IMG/VR virus record: IMGVR_UViG_3300020727_000019
Coordinates: 761 to 64,760 of that record
Origin: a virus
Taxonomy: Duplodnaviria; Caudoviricetes
Length of the DNA: 64,000 nucleotides
Reading direction: 5' to 3' (one strand)
A program made the position numbers and the translations under genes. The notes under the pieces are model-generated. The model saw only the letters and a list, made by a program, of their open reading frames with translations. It did no database searches and had not been told where the DNA came from. Below, one piece after another: positions 19,290 to 26,986 of the stretch. How positions within the stretch are numbered: the stretch's first letter is position 1; each line of letters begins with the position of its first letter.

Positions 19290-19376
19290 ATCCGTCCTTG
19301 GTTCGTCTTTTAAATGAGTTGGGCAGGGATGAGACGGAGCACCCTTTTCGGTAGCTAGCCTAGCCCCCTCAAACCG

Positions 19377-19607
19377 TTACGCTAATTTTGTGATTAGCTT
19401 CTGCATTTTCTCTGCGTGTTTACCCGATACAACTACCTGCCCACGAAACCATGAGTAGATAGTTACACGGCTCACTCCAAAGAACTCTGCAACGTCTGTG
19501 ACTGGGATGTCTCGTTCAATGCAAATTTTACCCAGTTTTACACCAAGCAAATTTTGATTGGCTTCCTTAACTTCCTGCACTGTTAGAAGTGAATACCCTT
19601 TAGGCAT
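19377..19607 (-). CDS. Cro/XRE-like HTH protein
   Basis: VTDVAEFFGVSRVTIYSWFRG helix-turn-helix. Confidence 0.8.
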   Translation of the reverse strand: MPKGYSLLTVQEVKEANQNLLGVKLGKICIERDIPVTDVAEFFGVSRVTIYSWFRGQVVVSGKHAEKMQKLITKLA

Positions 19608-19609
19608 GA

Positions 19610-20500
19610 TTAGTCATCCCACTCTTCAAGAATCTTTGACAAGTCTTTCTTGGGTGCTGGCTCTTCTTCCTTCTTAGCAGAGCGTTTGACTGGCTCAACG
19701 TCTTCCACTTTAGCTTCAGCCTTTGGTTCTTTAGCCTTGGGTGCTTCCACAGGGGCTTCCAATTTAGGCAATTTAATACCATCAGCCTCAGCAACAGTCA
19801 TTGTAATAGCGTTCTTAGCTTCCAATGTTTTGCCTTGCTCAATCACAACTTGATGCTCATGAGTCTCAAGCACACGAACAGGTTTGAATGTAATGACAGG
19901 CGTTGCGCTATTAGTATCAAAACGCATCTCAGTTGCTACGGCCGTGACTGGTATACCTTTACTGCCTAACATCTTTGCATATGTTTGTAGAGGCCACTTC
20001 CCAGGCTCCCCCGCTCCGAAGATAGATTTAGATGGTAATGTGAGTTGCATGACATCGCCCTTGATATCATTAGCCAACACAACTGCAATACGTTGACTGA
20101 ATCTGCAAGCACGGCTATCACCTTGACCTGAACCTTTGACGTTTTGATCGCAGTCTATGCAACGCTTGGCTTGTGGAATAGAAGACTTTGCATCAGGCAC
20201 TTCACCATCAGCAGACCAACAATCAGGTGCAGCAGGCTCGCTACCTTCTGAGTAACTCTTCAAGTAAAAAGTTCTCGATACTTTTGGTGCGGCGGCAACG
20301 ATGACAACATTCATTGAACGATCTTCATTCTTTGAAATCTCTTTGCCATTTGCCATGAGTCTCCACACACCACCTTTGATGGAGATGCGCTTCATACCCA
20401 TACCACTTGTGCCACCCATTAGGGCTTTAGTGGTCTCGTCTAACTCAATCTCTTTTAAATAGTTTGGTAGTCCCAAATCTAACATGATGTCGTTGCTCAT
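19610..20500 (-). CDS. Phage single-stranded DNA-binding protein
   Basis: RISIKGGVW, APDCWSADG, C..C...GSG...RACR pattern; acidic aromatic tail EEWDD. Confidence 0.7.
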   Translation of the reverse strand: MSNDIMLDLGLPNYLKEIELDETTKALMGGTSGMGMKRISIKGGVWRLMANGKEISKNEDRSMNVVIVAAAPKVSRTFYLKSYSEGSEPAAPDCWSADGEVPDAKSSIPQAKRCIDCDQNVKGSGQGDSRACRFSQRIAVVLANDIKGDVMQLTLPSKSIFGAGEPGKWPLQTYAKMLGSKGIPVTAVATEMRFDTNSATPVITFKPVRVLETHEHQVVIEQGKTLEAKNAITMTVAEADGIKLPKLEAPVEAPKAKEPKAEAKVEDVEPVKRSAKKEEEPAPKKDLSKILEEWDD

Positions 20501-20509
20501 TTATAACTC

Positions 20510-20902
20510 CTAGCGTTTGATAATTACGATGGTTTGTGTTGTGTCCGCATTTAGACCCGGCGGAAGCACATCGGGGTTTTCAGAAAGAAATTGTGCCATG
20601 TTCGAGTTATTGATACGTTGTTGCATCAACGAAAAGGCATCGTTCTCTTTAATGAATTTGAAGAAAGATTCCCAATCACTAGTCCAGTAGTTCTTGGTTA
20701 CCCTTTTAGATATAGTGCCGTAAGCAGTGCGCATTGTGGTAACGCCTTGCTCTTTGCATAACTCAAGTAGTTCCTTGGCTATGACATCTTGTTTTTCTTT
20801 TAGCTCGCTAACTTCTTTTTCAAGCTCCTTGCGTTTATCTCTAATTTTAGTATAGATTTTTGCTAATCTCTCTGCTGTTGCTTCTTCAGTTACTTCAGTC
20901 AT
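20510..20902 (-). CDS. Conserved coiled-coil replication-region protein
   Basis: 130 aa with good RBS (GGAG); lies between helicase and SSB. Confidence 0.65.
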   Translation of the reverse strand: MTEVTEEATAERLAKIYTKIRDKRKELEKEVSELKEKQDVIAKELLELCKEQGVTTMRTAYGTISKRVTKNYWTSDWESFFKFIKENDAFSLMQQRINNSNMAQFLSENPDVLPPGLNADTTQTIVIIKR

Positions 20903-20932
20903 GGTGCACTCCTTTTTGTTTGTATCTCAAAT

Positions 20933-20958
20933 ATATAGGCATTACTTTACTTTGTCAA
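20933..20958 (-). promoter_or_regulatory. sigma70-type promoter for the SSB/primase genes
   Basis: TTGACA-17 nt-TATATT on the - strand, upstream of 20902. Confidence 0.7.
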
Positions 20959-22502
20959 GTATCTCCTAAAATATTTTTATATAAATCTATCAGCCTAGTA
21001 TGAATGTCTACTTTTTCTGATAACATTTTGTAAACTTTTTTCTCAACGGGACTTCCCTCTAGGTGAACGACAGTACATGGGTTACGTTGCCCAGCCCTAT
21101 GCACACGTGCATTAGCTTGTAGATAAGTCTCTATTGATGTGATTGGCCCCCACCATACAACAACATTAGCGGCGTGAAGTGTAACTCCATGCGCAGCGGC
21201 CTGTGGTTGAATGACAAGCACCTGTGGATTTTTTTCTGTTTGGAATTTTGAAAATATTTCTGTGCGTTTAGTTGCCGATACACCTCCATGAATTGTTTCG
21301 TTAGGGATTTGATTTTTGGTTAGTTCTTCTGCGATGATGTCGATAGCATGTTTAAATGGTGCAAAGATAATTACTTTGTGGCTTGCTTCTTCGATGACTT
21401 CGAGTAACGCACTCATGCGATTCTTTGCGTCAAACGCAACTGTTTCACCGCTATCGCTATATACTGCCCCGCATGATAGTTGCAATAATTTATTTAGATT
21501 AGCCGCCGCATTTACTGTGGTTATCTCCTCACCCGCCGCAACTGTGGTCATCTGTTTGCGTATGGCTTCGTAGTACTTCATCTGCTGTGTAGTCAAAGGT
21601 ACATGCCTAGTCACGTACGTCATTTCTGGTAAATCCAAGCACTCATCTTTTGTAAAACGTATTGCAGGTTGTAGCACATCATGAAGTATTTTTTCTGATG
21701 TAGGCTTGGGTATCCACTTGAACGTGGTTATCTTCATCATGACCATGTCTCTAAACGCACCATAAAATTTAGGCACACCTGATGGGTTAATAATTTTTGC
21801 CAACCCATACGCATCAGTAGGCGACTGAGATGCAGGAGTTCCTGTAAGCATCCACACCCATGTGTCAGGCTTGATGATTGAATTAAGAACCTTAAACCTC
21901 TTGGTACTTACATTCTTATAAGCGTTAGCCTCATCAATGACAATGAGATCAAACTGTTGGCTTATGACTTCGTCTTTGATAATCTCTAACCCATCATAGT
22001 TGCATATCACAAACTCAGCTTGACTGCGCACTGCCTCAATGCGTTTTTCTTTTGAGTAACTGTGAGCGATAGCACATGTGCGATGCATTGCAAACTTAAA
22101 GAGGTCAGCCTCCCATGCAGACTGCATGATGGATAATGGACACAACACAAGAACTTTCTTGATGACACCCTTGTTCATCAAGTAGTCCACCGCCCATATC
22201 ACAGACGATGTTTTACCTGTGCCTTGTTCGTTAAAACAAAATGCACGGCGATGTAACGTGAGGAAAGATGCTGTGGTCTTCTGATGGTCAAAGGGTTTAT
22301 ATATCCCTGTCCATTGGTAGTCCATTTCAATAGGCGATGGAACATTCTTGATACGCATGTTTTTTAATACTTGCGCCTCTTCCAACCCCCACTTCACTAG
22401 CACCTCGTTTTGCCCAACCACTTTTGATTTTGGTATCACCGCAGTTATGCGGTTAGGGTCACGTACTTTAATTAATAACGCTTTGTTGTCAATAATTTGC
22501 AC
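20955..22502 (-). CDS. SNF2-family (SF2) helicase
   Basis: NEQGTGKT, LIVIDEA, MLTGTP, QANARVHRAGQ motifs. Confidence 0.92.
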   Translation of the reverse strand: MQIIDNKALLIKVRDPNRITAVIPKSKVVGQNEVLVKWGLEEAQVLKNMRIKNVPSPIEMDYQWTGIYKPFDHQKTTASFLTLHRRAFCFNEQGTGKTSSVIWAVDYLMNKGVIKKVLVLCPLSIMQSAWEADLFKFAMHRTCAIAHSYSKEKRIEAVRSQAEFVICNYDGLEIIKDEVISQQFDLIVIDEANAYKNVSTKRFKVLNSIIKPDTWVWMLTGTPASQSPTDAYGLAKIINPSGVPKFYGAFRDMVMMKITTFKWIPKPTSEKILHDVLQPAIRFTKDECLDLPEMTYVTRHVPLTTQQMKYYEAIRKQMTTVAAGEEITTVNAAANLNKLLQLSCGAVYSDSGETVAFDAKNRMSALLEVIEEASHKVIIFAPFKHAIDIIAEELTKNQIPNETIHGGVSATKRTEIFSKFQTEKNPQVLVIQPQAAAHGVTLHAANVVVWWGPITSIETYLQANARVHRAGQRNPCTVVHLEGSPVEKKVYKMLSEKVDIHTRLIDLYKNILGDT

Positions 22503-22503
22503 T

Positions 22504-22806
22504 TTATTTTCTTTTCATCTTGCGTTCTTTAACGCTTATCTCCGACACTAAGTTGCCCTTTGAGTCCCGCTTGAACGAACGATTGCCAAACTCGCTTTGC
22601 ACAAATGCACCTTGCTTGTTGCTACCACCCTTGTCCAATGCAAGTTTATGAGCAACATCTTTTTTGTCACCCTTTTTGACTTTGCCTTCTTTCAAAAACT
22701 TATACCGCAACTTGTTGCGTTCTTCACGATGTTTAACTTGTTCCGGTGTGTCTTCGTATTGAGCTGCCTCAGCATATTTACGGCCTGTCTTTTTAGTTGT
22801 TCCCAT
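22504..22806 (-). CDS. Small HNH-like endonuclease
   Basis: KDVAHK...GGSN...NRSF pattern, a variant of D-V-D-H...N. Confidence 0.6.
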   Translation of the reverse strand: MGTTKKTGRKYAEAAQYEDTPEQVKHREERNKLRYKFLKEGKVKKGDKKDVAHKLALDKGGSNKQGAFVQSEFGNRSFKRDSKGNLVSEISVKERKMKRK

Positions 22807-22816
22807 GATTACCTCG

Positions 22817-23140
22817 TTAAGGTTTAATGATATCTACCATTTTCTCAGCTTCCAAGATCAATTGCAACATCTGCAAGAAGTCGCTATTCTCAATAGCACC
22901 TTTAATGGTTAGTTTTACTCCATTAAGGCTCTCTAGTTTGTGCACATCTTGTCTATAATTTTTTGTTTTATAGTCGAATACATTTAGTGTAATTTCAGCT
23001 TGTAAATCATTACCTGATTCATTTTTTATACTAAATGTCATTTCGTTTTGGTTACCATTATTTCGGTCATTGGTGTATCGCAAATCATGGAATATACCTG
23101 CACCTTCAATGCCTGAGTCACTCAGTTTTACATCAATCAT
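22817..23140 (-). CDS. Hypothetical protein
   Basis: 107 aa ORF, ATGA-coupled to its neighbour. Confidence 0.6.
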   Translation of the reverse strand: MIDVKLSDSGIEGAGIFHDLRYTNDRNNGNQNEMTFSIKNESGNDLQAEITLNVFDYKTKNYRQDVHKLESLNGVKLTIKGAIENSDFLQMLQLILEAEKMVDIIKP

Positions 23141-23826
23141 TTGTAGTACCCCTTGCCGTTATGTGCGCAATCTTTAACTGGACACCAACCTTTGCACGTA
23201 AAGTTAGGTCTTGGATTCCATACATTAAGTTCTATTGATTTTTCTAACCTGTTTGTATCCGTAATCCAGTTCTGCCAATAAATACCCGAATCTTTTACAT
23301 CGTAGTCCGCTTTGACAAAGTCATTTGCAATGACGAACAGCAACCCCGCCTTGATCTTCTTGACCTGTGGGTAATGCTTGAACACGGCAAGGGACATGAT
23401 CTCCAACTGCTTTGTGTCCGCATACTTGCTTGTACGACCAGTCTTGTAGTCCACCACAAAAGCACGATCATCTTGCAAGGTAATCAAGTCCACGATACCA
23501 CGCCACCAAACATCTTTTGAGAAGAAACTACATGGCTCCAGGCTGCGAGTCAATCCTAGCTTATTCTCACAAAGATGTTGTCCTGTCCTCTTACGGAGTA
23601 GCTCAAGAAGCTCACGTGTAAATTCAAAGCGTTGTGGCAACGGCTTGCCATCCCTGATGAACTCTTCAGCCGCCGTATGAAACTCAGTTCCATAGTTCTT
23701 CTGATCGCTTTCAGGGTCAACCACATCTTTCTTTACACGCAAGCGGTAGTACTTGTGCGGGCACTGCTTGTACAAGTCAAGGCTCGAATACGACCACGTG
23801 TACTTAATCTTTTGCTCTTCGCTCAT
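23137..23826 (-). CDS. PD-(D/E)XK exonuclease (RecB/Cas4-like)
   Basis: SYSSLDLYKQCP, GIVDLI, VVDYKTG, QLEIM, C-terminal CKGWCPVKDC. Confidence 0.88.
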   Translation of the reverse strand: MSEEQKIKYTWSYSSLDLYKQCPHKYYRLRVKKDVVDPESDQKNYGTEFHTAAEEFIRDGKPLPQRFEFTRELLELLRKRTGQHLCENKLGLTRSLEPCSFFSKDVWWRGIVDLITLQDDRAFVVDYKTGRTSKYADTKQLEIMSLAVFKHYPQVKKIKAGLLFVIANDFVKADYDVKDSGIYWQNWITDTNRLEKSIELNVWNPRPNFTCKGWCPVKDCAHNGKGYYK

Positions 23827-24007
23827 ATTTTCTTTTCGATGTTATAGACGCAATGCCATCATCCAAGTTCTTACGATAATCCATCATTGCATCTGCTAGG
23901 TCATAAGCGGTTTGCACAGTATTAGGGCGTTGCCCTTCGTGGGAGATTAGTCCACACATTGCAAACATCGCCATTAAATCTCTCATGTGTTCATCATTCT
24001 CATCCAT
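23804..24007 (-). CDS. Hypothetical protein
   Basis: RDLMAMFAMCGL...AYDLADAM, a small phage-type family. Confidence 0.65.
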   Translation of the reverse strand: MDENDEHMRDLMAMFAMCGLISHEGQRPNTVQTAYDLADAMMDYRKNLDDGIASITSKRKYERRAKD

Positions 24008-24178
24008 TCTTATTCTTTCTATTTTTACTCATGCGTTCTACTTTTTGTTGGTGCATCTTATCGTCAATGCAGATTTCTTGTGTAGTGAATCTATGTTCAT
24101 TGGCGCACTCTCTTCTGCGTACTGGTGTCTTAGTGTACTTTACAATACTCCATGCACCACATTTAGGACAATTCATTT
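24000..24178 (-). CDS. Zinc-ribbon protein (NrdR/Ogr-like N-terminus)
   Basis: MNCPKCG...RRRECANEHRFTTQE; start approximate. Confidence 0.65.
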
Positions 24179-24342
24179 TTCTCCGATAGTGCCCGTTCAA
24201 GGCGTTTCATTAAGATGTCTATGTCCTCGCGCATCTTGGCGCAGTTGGGACATTCCTTTGTGTGATCTTTCCAACGTGGGTGTTCAAGATACTCACGTTG
24301 TCTACGCGTGATGCGTTCAAACTCTTCGTCTTCTTCAGTCAT
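24163..24342 (-). CDS. Small hypothetical protein with CxxC (not in ORF track)
   Basis: Manual translation MTEEDEEFERITRRQREYLEHPRWKDHTKECPNCAKMREDIDILMKRLERALSEKNELS; AGGAG RBS supplied by the upstream repeat. Confidence 0.7.
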   Translation of the reverse strand: MTEEDEEFERITRRQREYLEHPRWKDHTKECPNCAKMREDIDILMKRLERALSEKNELS

Positions 24343-24521
24343 GTGTTCTTCTCCTTAATTGGCTCTAATGTTTTTGCAAGGTATGCTTCTGTTTTTTGTT
24401 TTGTTTTTCTCATGTGAATGAGCATTTTTTCAACATCTTCTATGGAATACAAACCTTCGGGTATATGAAATCTTGCCGTGTCATATGTTTTGTATTCATA
24501 ACCATTGTCTTTTTTGCTCAT
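24339..24521 (-). CDS. Mini-gene cassette ending KEKNT
   Basis: MSKKDNGYEY...LEPIKEKNT; ATGA coupling at both ends. Confidence 0.7.
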   Translation of the reverse strand: MSKKDNGYEYKTYDTARFHIPEGLYSIEDVEKMLIHMRKTKQKTEAYLAKTLEPIKEKNT

Positions 24522-24700
24522 GTGTTCTTCTCCTTGAGCTTGGCTTCTATGTCTCTGGCAAAGTCGTCCATCCATGCGCCATAAACAATTCGCCATTCAT
24601 CACATATTGGCTTTAAATCTTCTTCTGTCAGTCCTACCCATTCTTTTTTGCAAAAGCCACCATAGTTAGAACATAATTCACTGCGTTCTTGTTCACTCAT
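24518..24700 (-). CDS. Mini-gene cassette (WVGLT...EAKLKEKNT family)
   Basis: Shared C-terminal module. Confidence 0.75.
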   Translation of the reverse strand: MSEQERSELCSNYGGFCKKEWVGLTEEDLKPICDEWRIVYGAWMDDFARDIEAKLKEKNT

Positions 24701-24942
24701 GTGTTCTTCTCCTTCAGCTTGGCTTCAATGGCTTGACATAGTTCGTATGACATTCCAAATGGCAACACCCCGCATTGAATAAGTTCCGCTTGTGTTAGTC
24801 CAACCCATTCACGCTCAGGCTTTTCCATTTGAACAATCAATGAGGATTCTTTAATCATCTGCCCCTTGAGCAATCGGTCAACATCATCCTTGTTGAGATA
24901 CAAGTTGTCGTACCCTGCGTTGAAAGTTCGTGTTAGTCTCAT
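24697..24942 (-). CDS. Mini-gene cassette (WVGLT...EAKLKEKNT family)
   Basis: Shared C-terminal module. Confidence 0.75.
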   Translation of the reverse strand: MRLTRTFNAGYDNLYLNKDDVDRLLKGQMIKESSLIVQMEKPEREWVGLTQAELIQCGVLPFGMSYELCQAIEAKLKEKNT

Positions 24943-25340
24943 GTGTTGCGCTCCTTCAGCTTGGCTTCAACTAGATAAACAATTTCTTCTACACAAGCGC
25001 CCATCATCAGTAAATCTGAGCGAGTAAATCCTGCATCATTAATTAGTTTCTCAAATTCTTCTTGAGTCAGTCCTACCCATGTGCGCTGTGGTGCGACATA
25101 ATTTGGCCCCGCCATGTGTTCGTGGAATTGCTCCCACGCCACAGGCGCATCTTTTGTTTCTACTTGTTCTTTATAGGTAGATTCAGATGCCATATTCTGC
25201 ATATCTTTTGTCAATCCTTCGTACTCAAGGATTGCTCTAGCAAACAATACAGGAAAGTCAGCCGTGCCAGTCGCTTCAACCAACCCTTCTGCTTTGCCAC
25301 TCATGTGCAAATAAATGTTGTGTATTTCTTCGTCAGTCAT
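24939..25340 (-). CDS. Mini-gene cassette, apparent fusion (ETKD-PVAW + PQRTWVGLT modules)
   Basis: Start placed at MTDEEIHNIY (ATGA-type overlap with the upstream gene); ends EAKLKERNT. Confidence 0.7.
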   Translation of the reverse strand: MTDEEIHNIYLHMSGKAEGLVEATGTADFPVLFARAILEYEGLTKDMQNMASESTYKEQVETKDAPVAWEQFHEHMAGPNYVAPQRTWVGLTQEEFEKLINDAGFTRSDLLMMGACVEEIVYLVEAKLKERNT

Positions 25341-25704
25341 TCTTGTCCTTAATCTTGGTTTCAATGCGTCTTGCGTACACATCAATCGTCTGTGTTGGCA
25401 AACCTTGCAAACACTCTTGTATTTCCTCATCAGTCAGTCCTACCCATGTGCGTTGTGGTGTGGTGTAGAGAGGAATGTGGTCATGTTGAAAACAACCATC
25501 AACTTGTTTGCTTGTGTAAACAGTATGTTCATCTTCACTCATCCACGCCACAGGCTCATCTTTTGTTTCTAGTGCTTCTTTAATAGCTCTTATGGCTTTG
25601 TCATACAATTCTATAGCCTCATCGGTTGGAGAAAATGTACCAACGTGATACCAAGTTTCTTTTAACGCCTCTAATGCAAGGCGTAATGCTTCGTCTTTGG
25701 TCAT
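25333..25704 (-). CDS. Mini-gene cassette (MTKDEAL...ETKDEPVAW...PQRTWVGLT)
   Basis: Contains all three shared modules. Confidence 0.75.
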   Translation of the reverse strand: MTKDEALRLALEALKETWYHVGTFSPTDEAIELYDKAIRAIKEALETKDEPVAWMSEDEHTVYTSKQVDGCFQHDHIPLYTTPQRTWVGLTDEEIQECLQGLPTQTIDVYARRIETKIKDKND

Positions 25705-25922
25705 GTGTTTTTCTCCTCATTAGGCCATTGCGCCCAAACTATTGGTCTACCAATTAAGCATTCTTTCTCGTAAACAATTTCAACAAACTCGAATGGGGAT
25801 ACTTGCACGGGTCTATCTTTTGTTTCTAGTGCTTCTTTGATAATTTCAATAGCCTTGATGCGTTTGTCGTAGTCAAAATCAGTCAGAGCTTCTAATGCGA
25901 TTTGTAGTGCTTCTTTAGTCAT
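25701..25922 (-). CDS. Mini-gene cassette (MTKEAL...ETKD...EEKNT)
   Basis: Shares its N-module with 25333..25704. Confidence 0.7.
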   Translation of the reverse strand: MTKEALQIALEALTDFDYDKRIKAIEIIKEALETKDRPVQVSPFEFVEIVYEKECLIGRPIVWAQWPNEEKNT

Positions 25923-26092
25923 TTCGCATCCTCCCAAATCCATCCCAACAATTCAGTTGTGTTTTTGATTTGTTTATCCGTTGGTTTTTGAAACATTGCA
26001 AATTTTGTTGTAGGCCCACCACCATACAAACACCAATAACCAACTGGTTCAGGAGGTTTGTAAAAAGTAATTTTAGTTTCTGTGTTAGTCAT
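25919..26092 (-). CDS. Small hypothetical protein (not in ORF track)
   Basis: Manual translation MTNTETKITFYKPPEPVGYWCLYGGGPTTKFAMFQKPTDKQIKNTTELLGWIWEDAK. Confidence 0.65.
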   Translation of the reverse strand: MTNTETKITFYKPPEPVGYWCLYGGGPTTKFAMFQKPTDKQIKNTTELLGWIWEDAK

Positions 26093-26249
26093 TCTTGTCC
26101 TCCATCTCTCTTAACATATTGTTTAAAGCAAACAGTTTCTTTGTGATTTCTGTCTGTTGTTCATGCAAAAGAAATGCCGTTTCGCTCAACGCTTGCGTAG
26201 CACCATACAACTCAATTATTTCGTCTTTAATCTCTTCTTTGGTTTTCAT
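26085..26249 (-). CDS. Small coiled-coil protein (not in ORF track)
   Basis: Manual translation MKTKEEIKDEIIELYGATQALSETAFLLHEQQTEITKKLFALNNMLREMEDKND. Confidence 0.65.
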   Translation of the reverse strand: MKTKEEIKDEIIELYGATQALSETAFLLHEQQTEITKKLFALNNMLREMEDKND

Positions 26250-26485
26250 TCTTCTATCCTTTCATATGTCATTTTAAAGATGTCAGGCTTGCATGGATAA
26301 TGTTCGCCCTTCACGCCAGTAATAATCCAATCGCCTTCGGTAACCTCATGGCTTCCTTCGAGGGTGTCGATCCTATATCCTGTTGGGCTTGTACTATCCT
26401 TGTATACGCCTTGAGGCCATCCATCAGGAGTGTTGATCCAAAATTGCGTAGCATCAATCACTACAGGCTTTTTTCTAAACTTCAT
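26246..26485 (-). CDS. Conserved phage protein (MKFRKKPVVIDA...TLEG...GDWII.GVKGE.YPCKPDIF family)
   Basis: Recognisable widespread small phage family motif; start approximate. Confidence 0.8.
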   Translation of the reverse strand: MKFRKKPVVIDATQFWINTPDGWPQGVYKDSTSPTGYRIDTLEGSHEVTEGDWIITGVKGEHYPCKPDIFKMTYERIEE

Positions 26486-26705
26486 TTTTTTCCCTTGCTC
26501 GGATTTTGTCCGCAATGATTTCAGAGTAATTACGCTCTAACCCATCTGCATATGAGTCAGCAATCTTTGCACACTCTTCACGTTCTTTTAGTATTGCTTT
26601 ATTTACTAATCGCAAAACTTCTTCATCGCAATCTAGTAAGCGTTTAAACGCAACAAGATTTAATTGTTCTTTGTGAAATAATTTGATGTATTCTTCTCTA
26701 GTCAT
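26475..26705 (-). CDS. Hypothetical protein (KEREECAKIAD family)
   Basis: 76 aa ORF with a common phage motif. Confidence 0.7.
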   Translation of the reverse strand: MTREEYIKLFHKEQLNLVAFKRLLDCDEEVLRLVNKAILKEREECAKIADSYADGLERNYSEIIADKIRAREKNEV

Positions 26706-26805
26706 CTTTATGCTCCTGAATGAACATCCACGCCAACACCATAGCGTACAACACTACGGCAATAACTGCACCAAATGCTAGTGCCCAAACTAATGCATCA
26801 GTCAT
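26698..26805 (-). CDS. Small membrane peptide (not in ORF track)
   Basis: MTDALVWALAFGAVIAVVVYAMVLAWMFIQEHKDD; fills the gap with overlaps. Confidence 0.55.
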   Translation of the reverse strand: MTDALVWALAFGAVIAVVLYAMVLAWMFIQEHKDD

Positions 26806-26986
26806 TCCAATACTCCTCAATCCAATGGTCGTACATTACATAGCAAAACAAATAGTGCCATGATAGATTCTGAACTGTTTTTATATTCATCTCAGCAAAT
26901 CTTTTAGCCAAGAACAAACATAACTCCCGTGATGGCGGTTTTTTATGGACTTGTTTAGTCATGCTCATAAAGTTATACATCAACAC
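26798..26986 (-). CDS. Hypothetical protein
   Basis: 62 aa ORF overlapping the polymerase stop. Confidence 0.55.
   Translation of the reverse strand: MLMYNFMSMTKQVHKKPPSRELCLFLAKRFAEMNIKTVQNLSWHYLFCYVMYDHWIEEYWND

Noticed and set aside
24339-25943. Diversity-generating retroelement (TR/VR pairs) suggested by the near-identical repeats
   Set aside because: No reverse transcriptase is recognisable anywhere in the genome unit. The repeats are short (15-24 nt exact), and the mismatches are not restricted to adenines.
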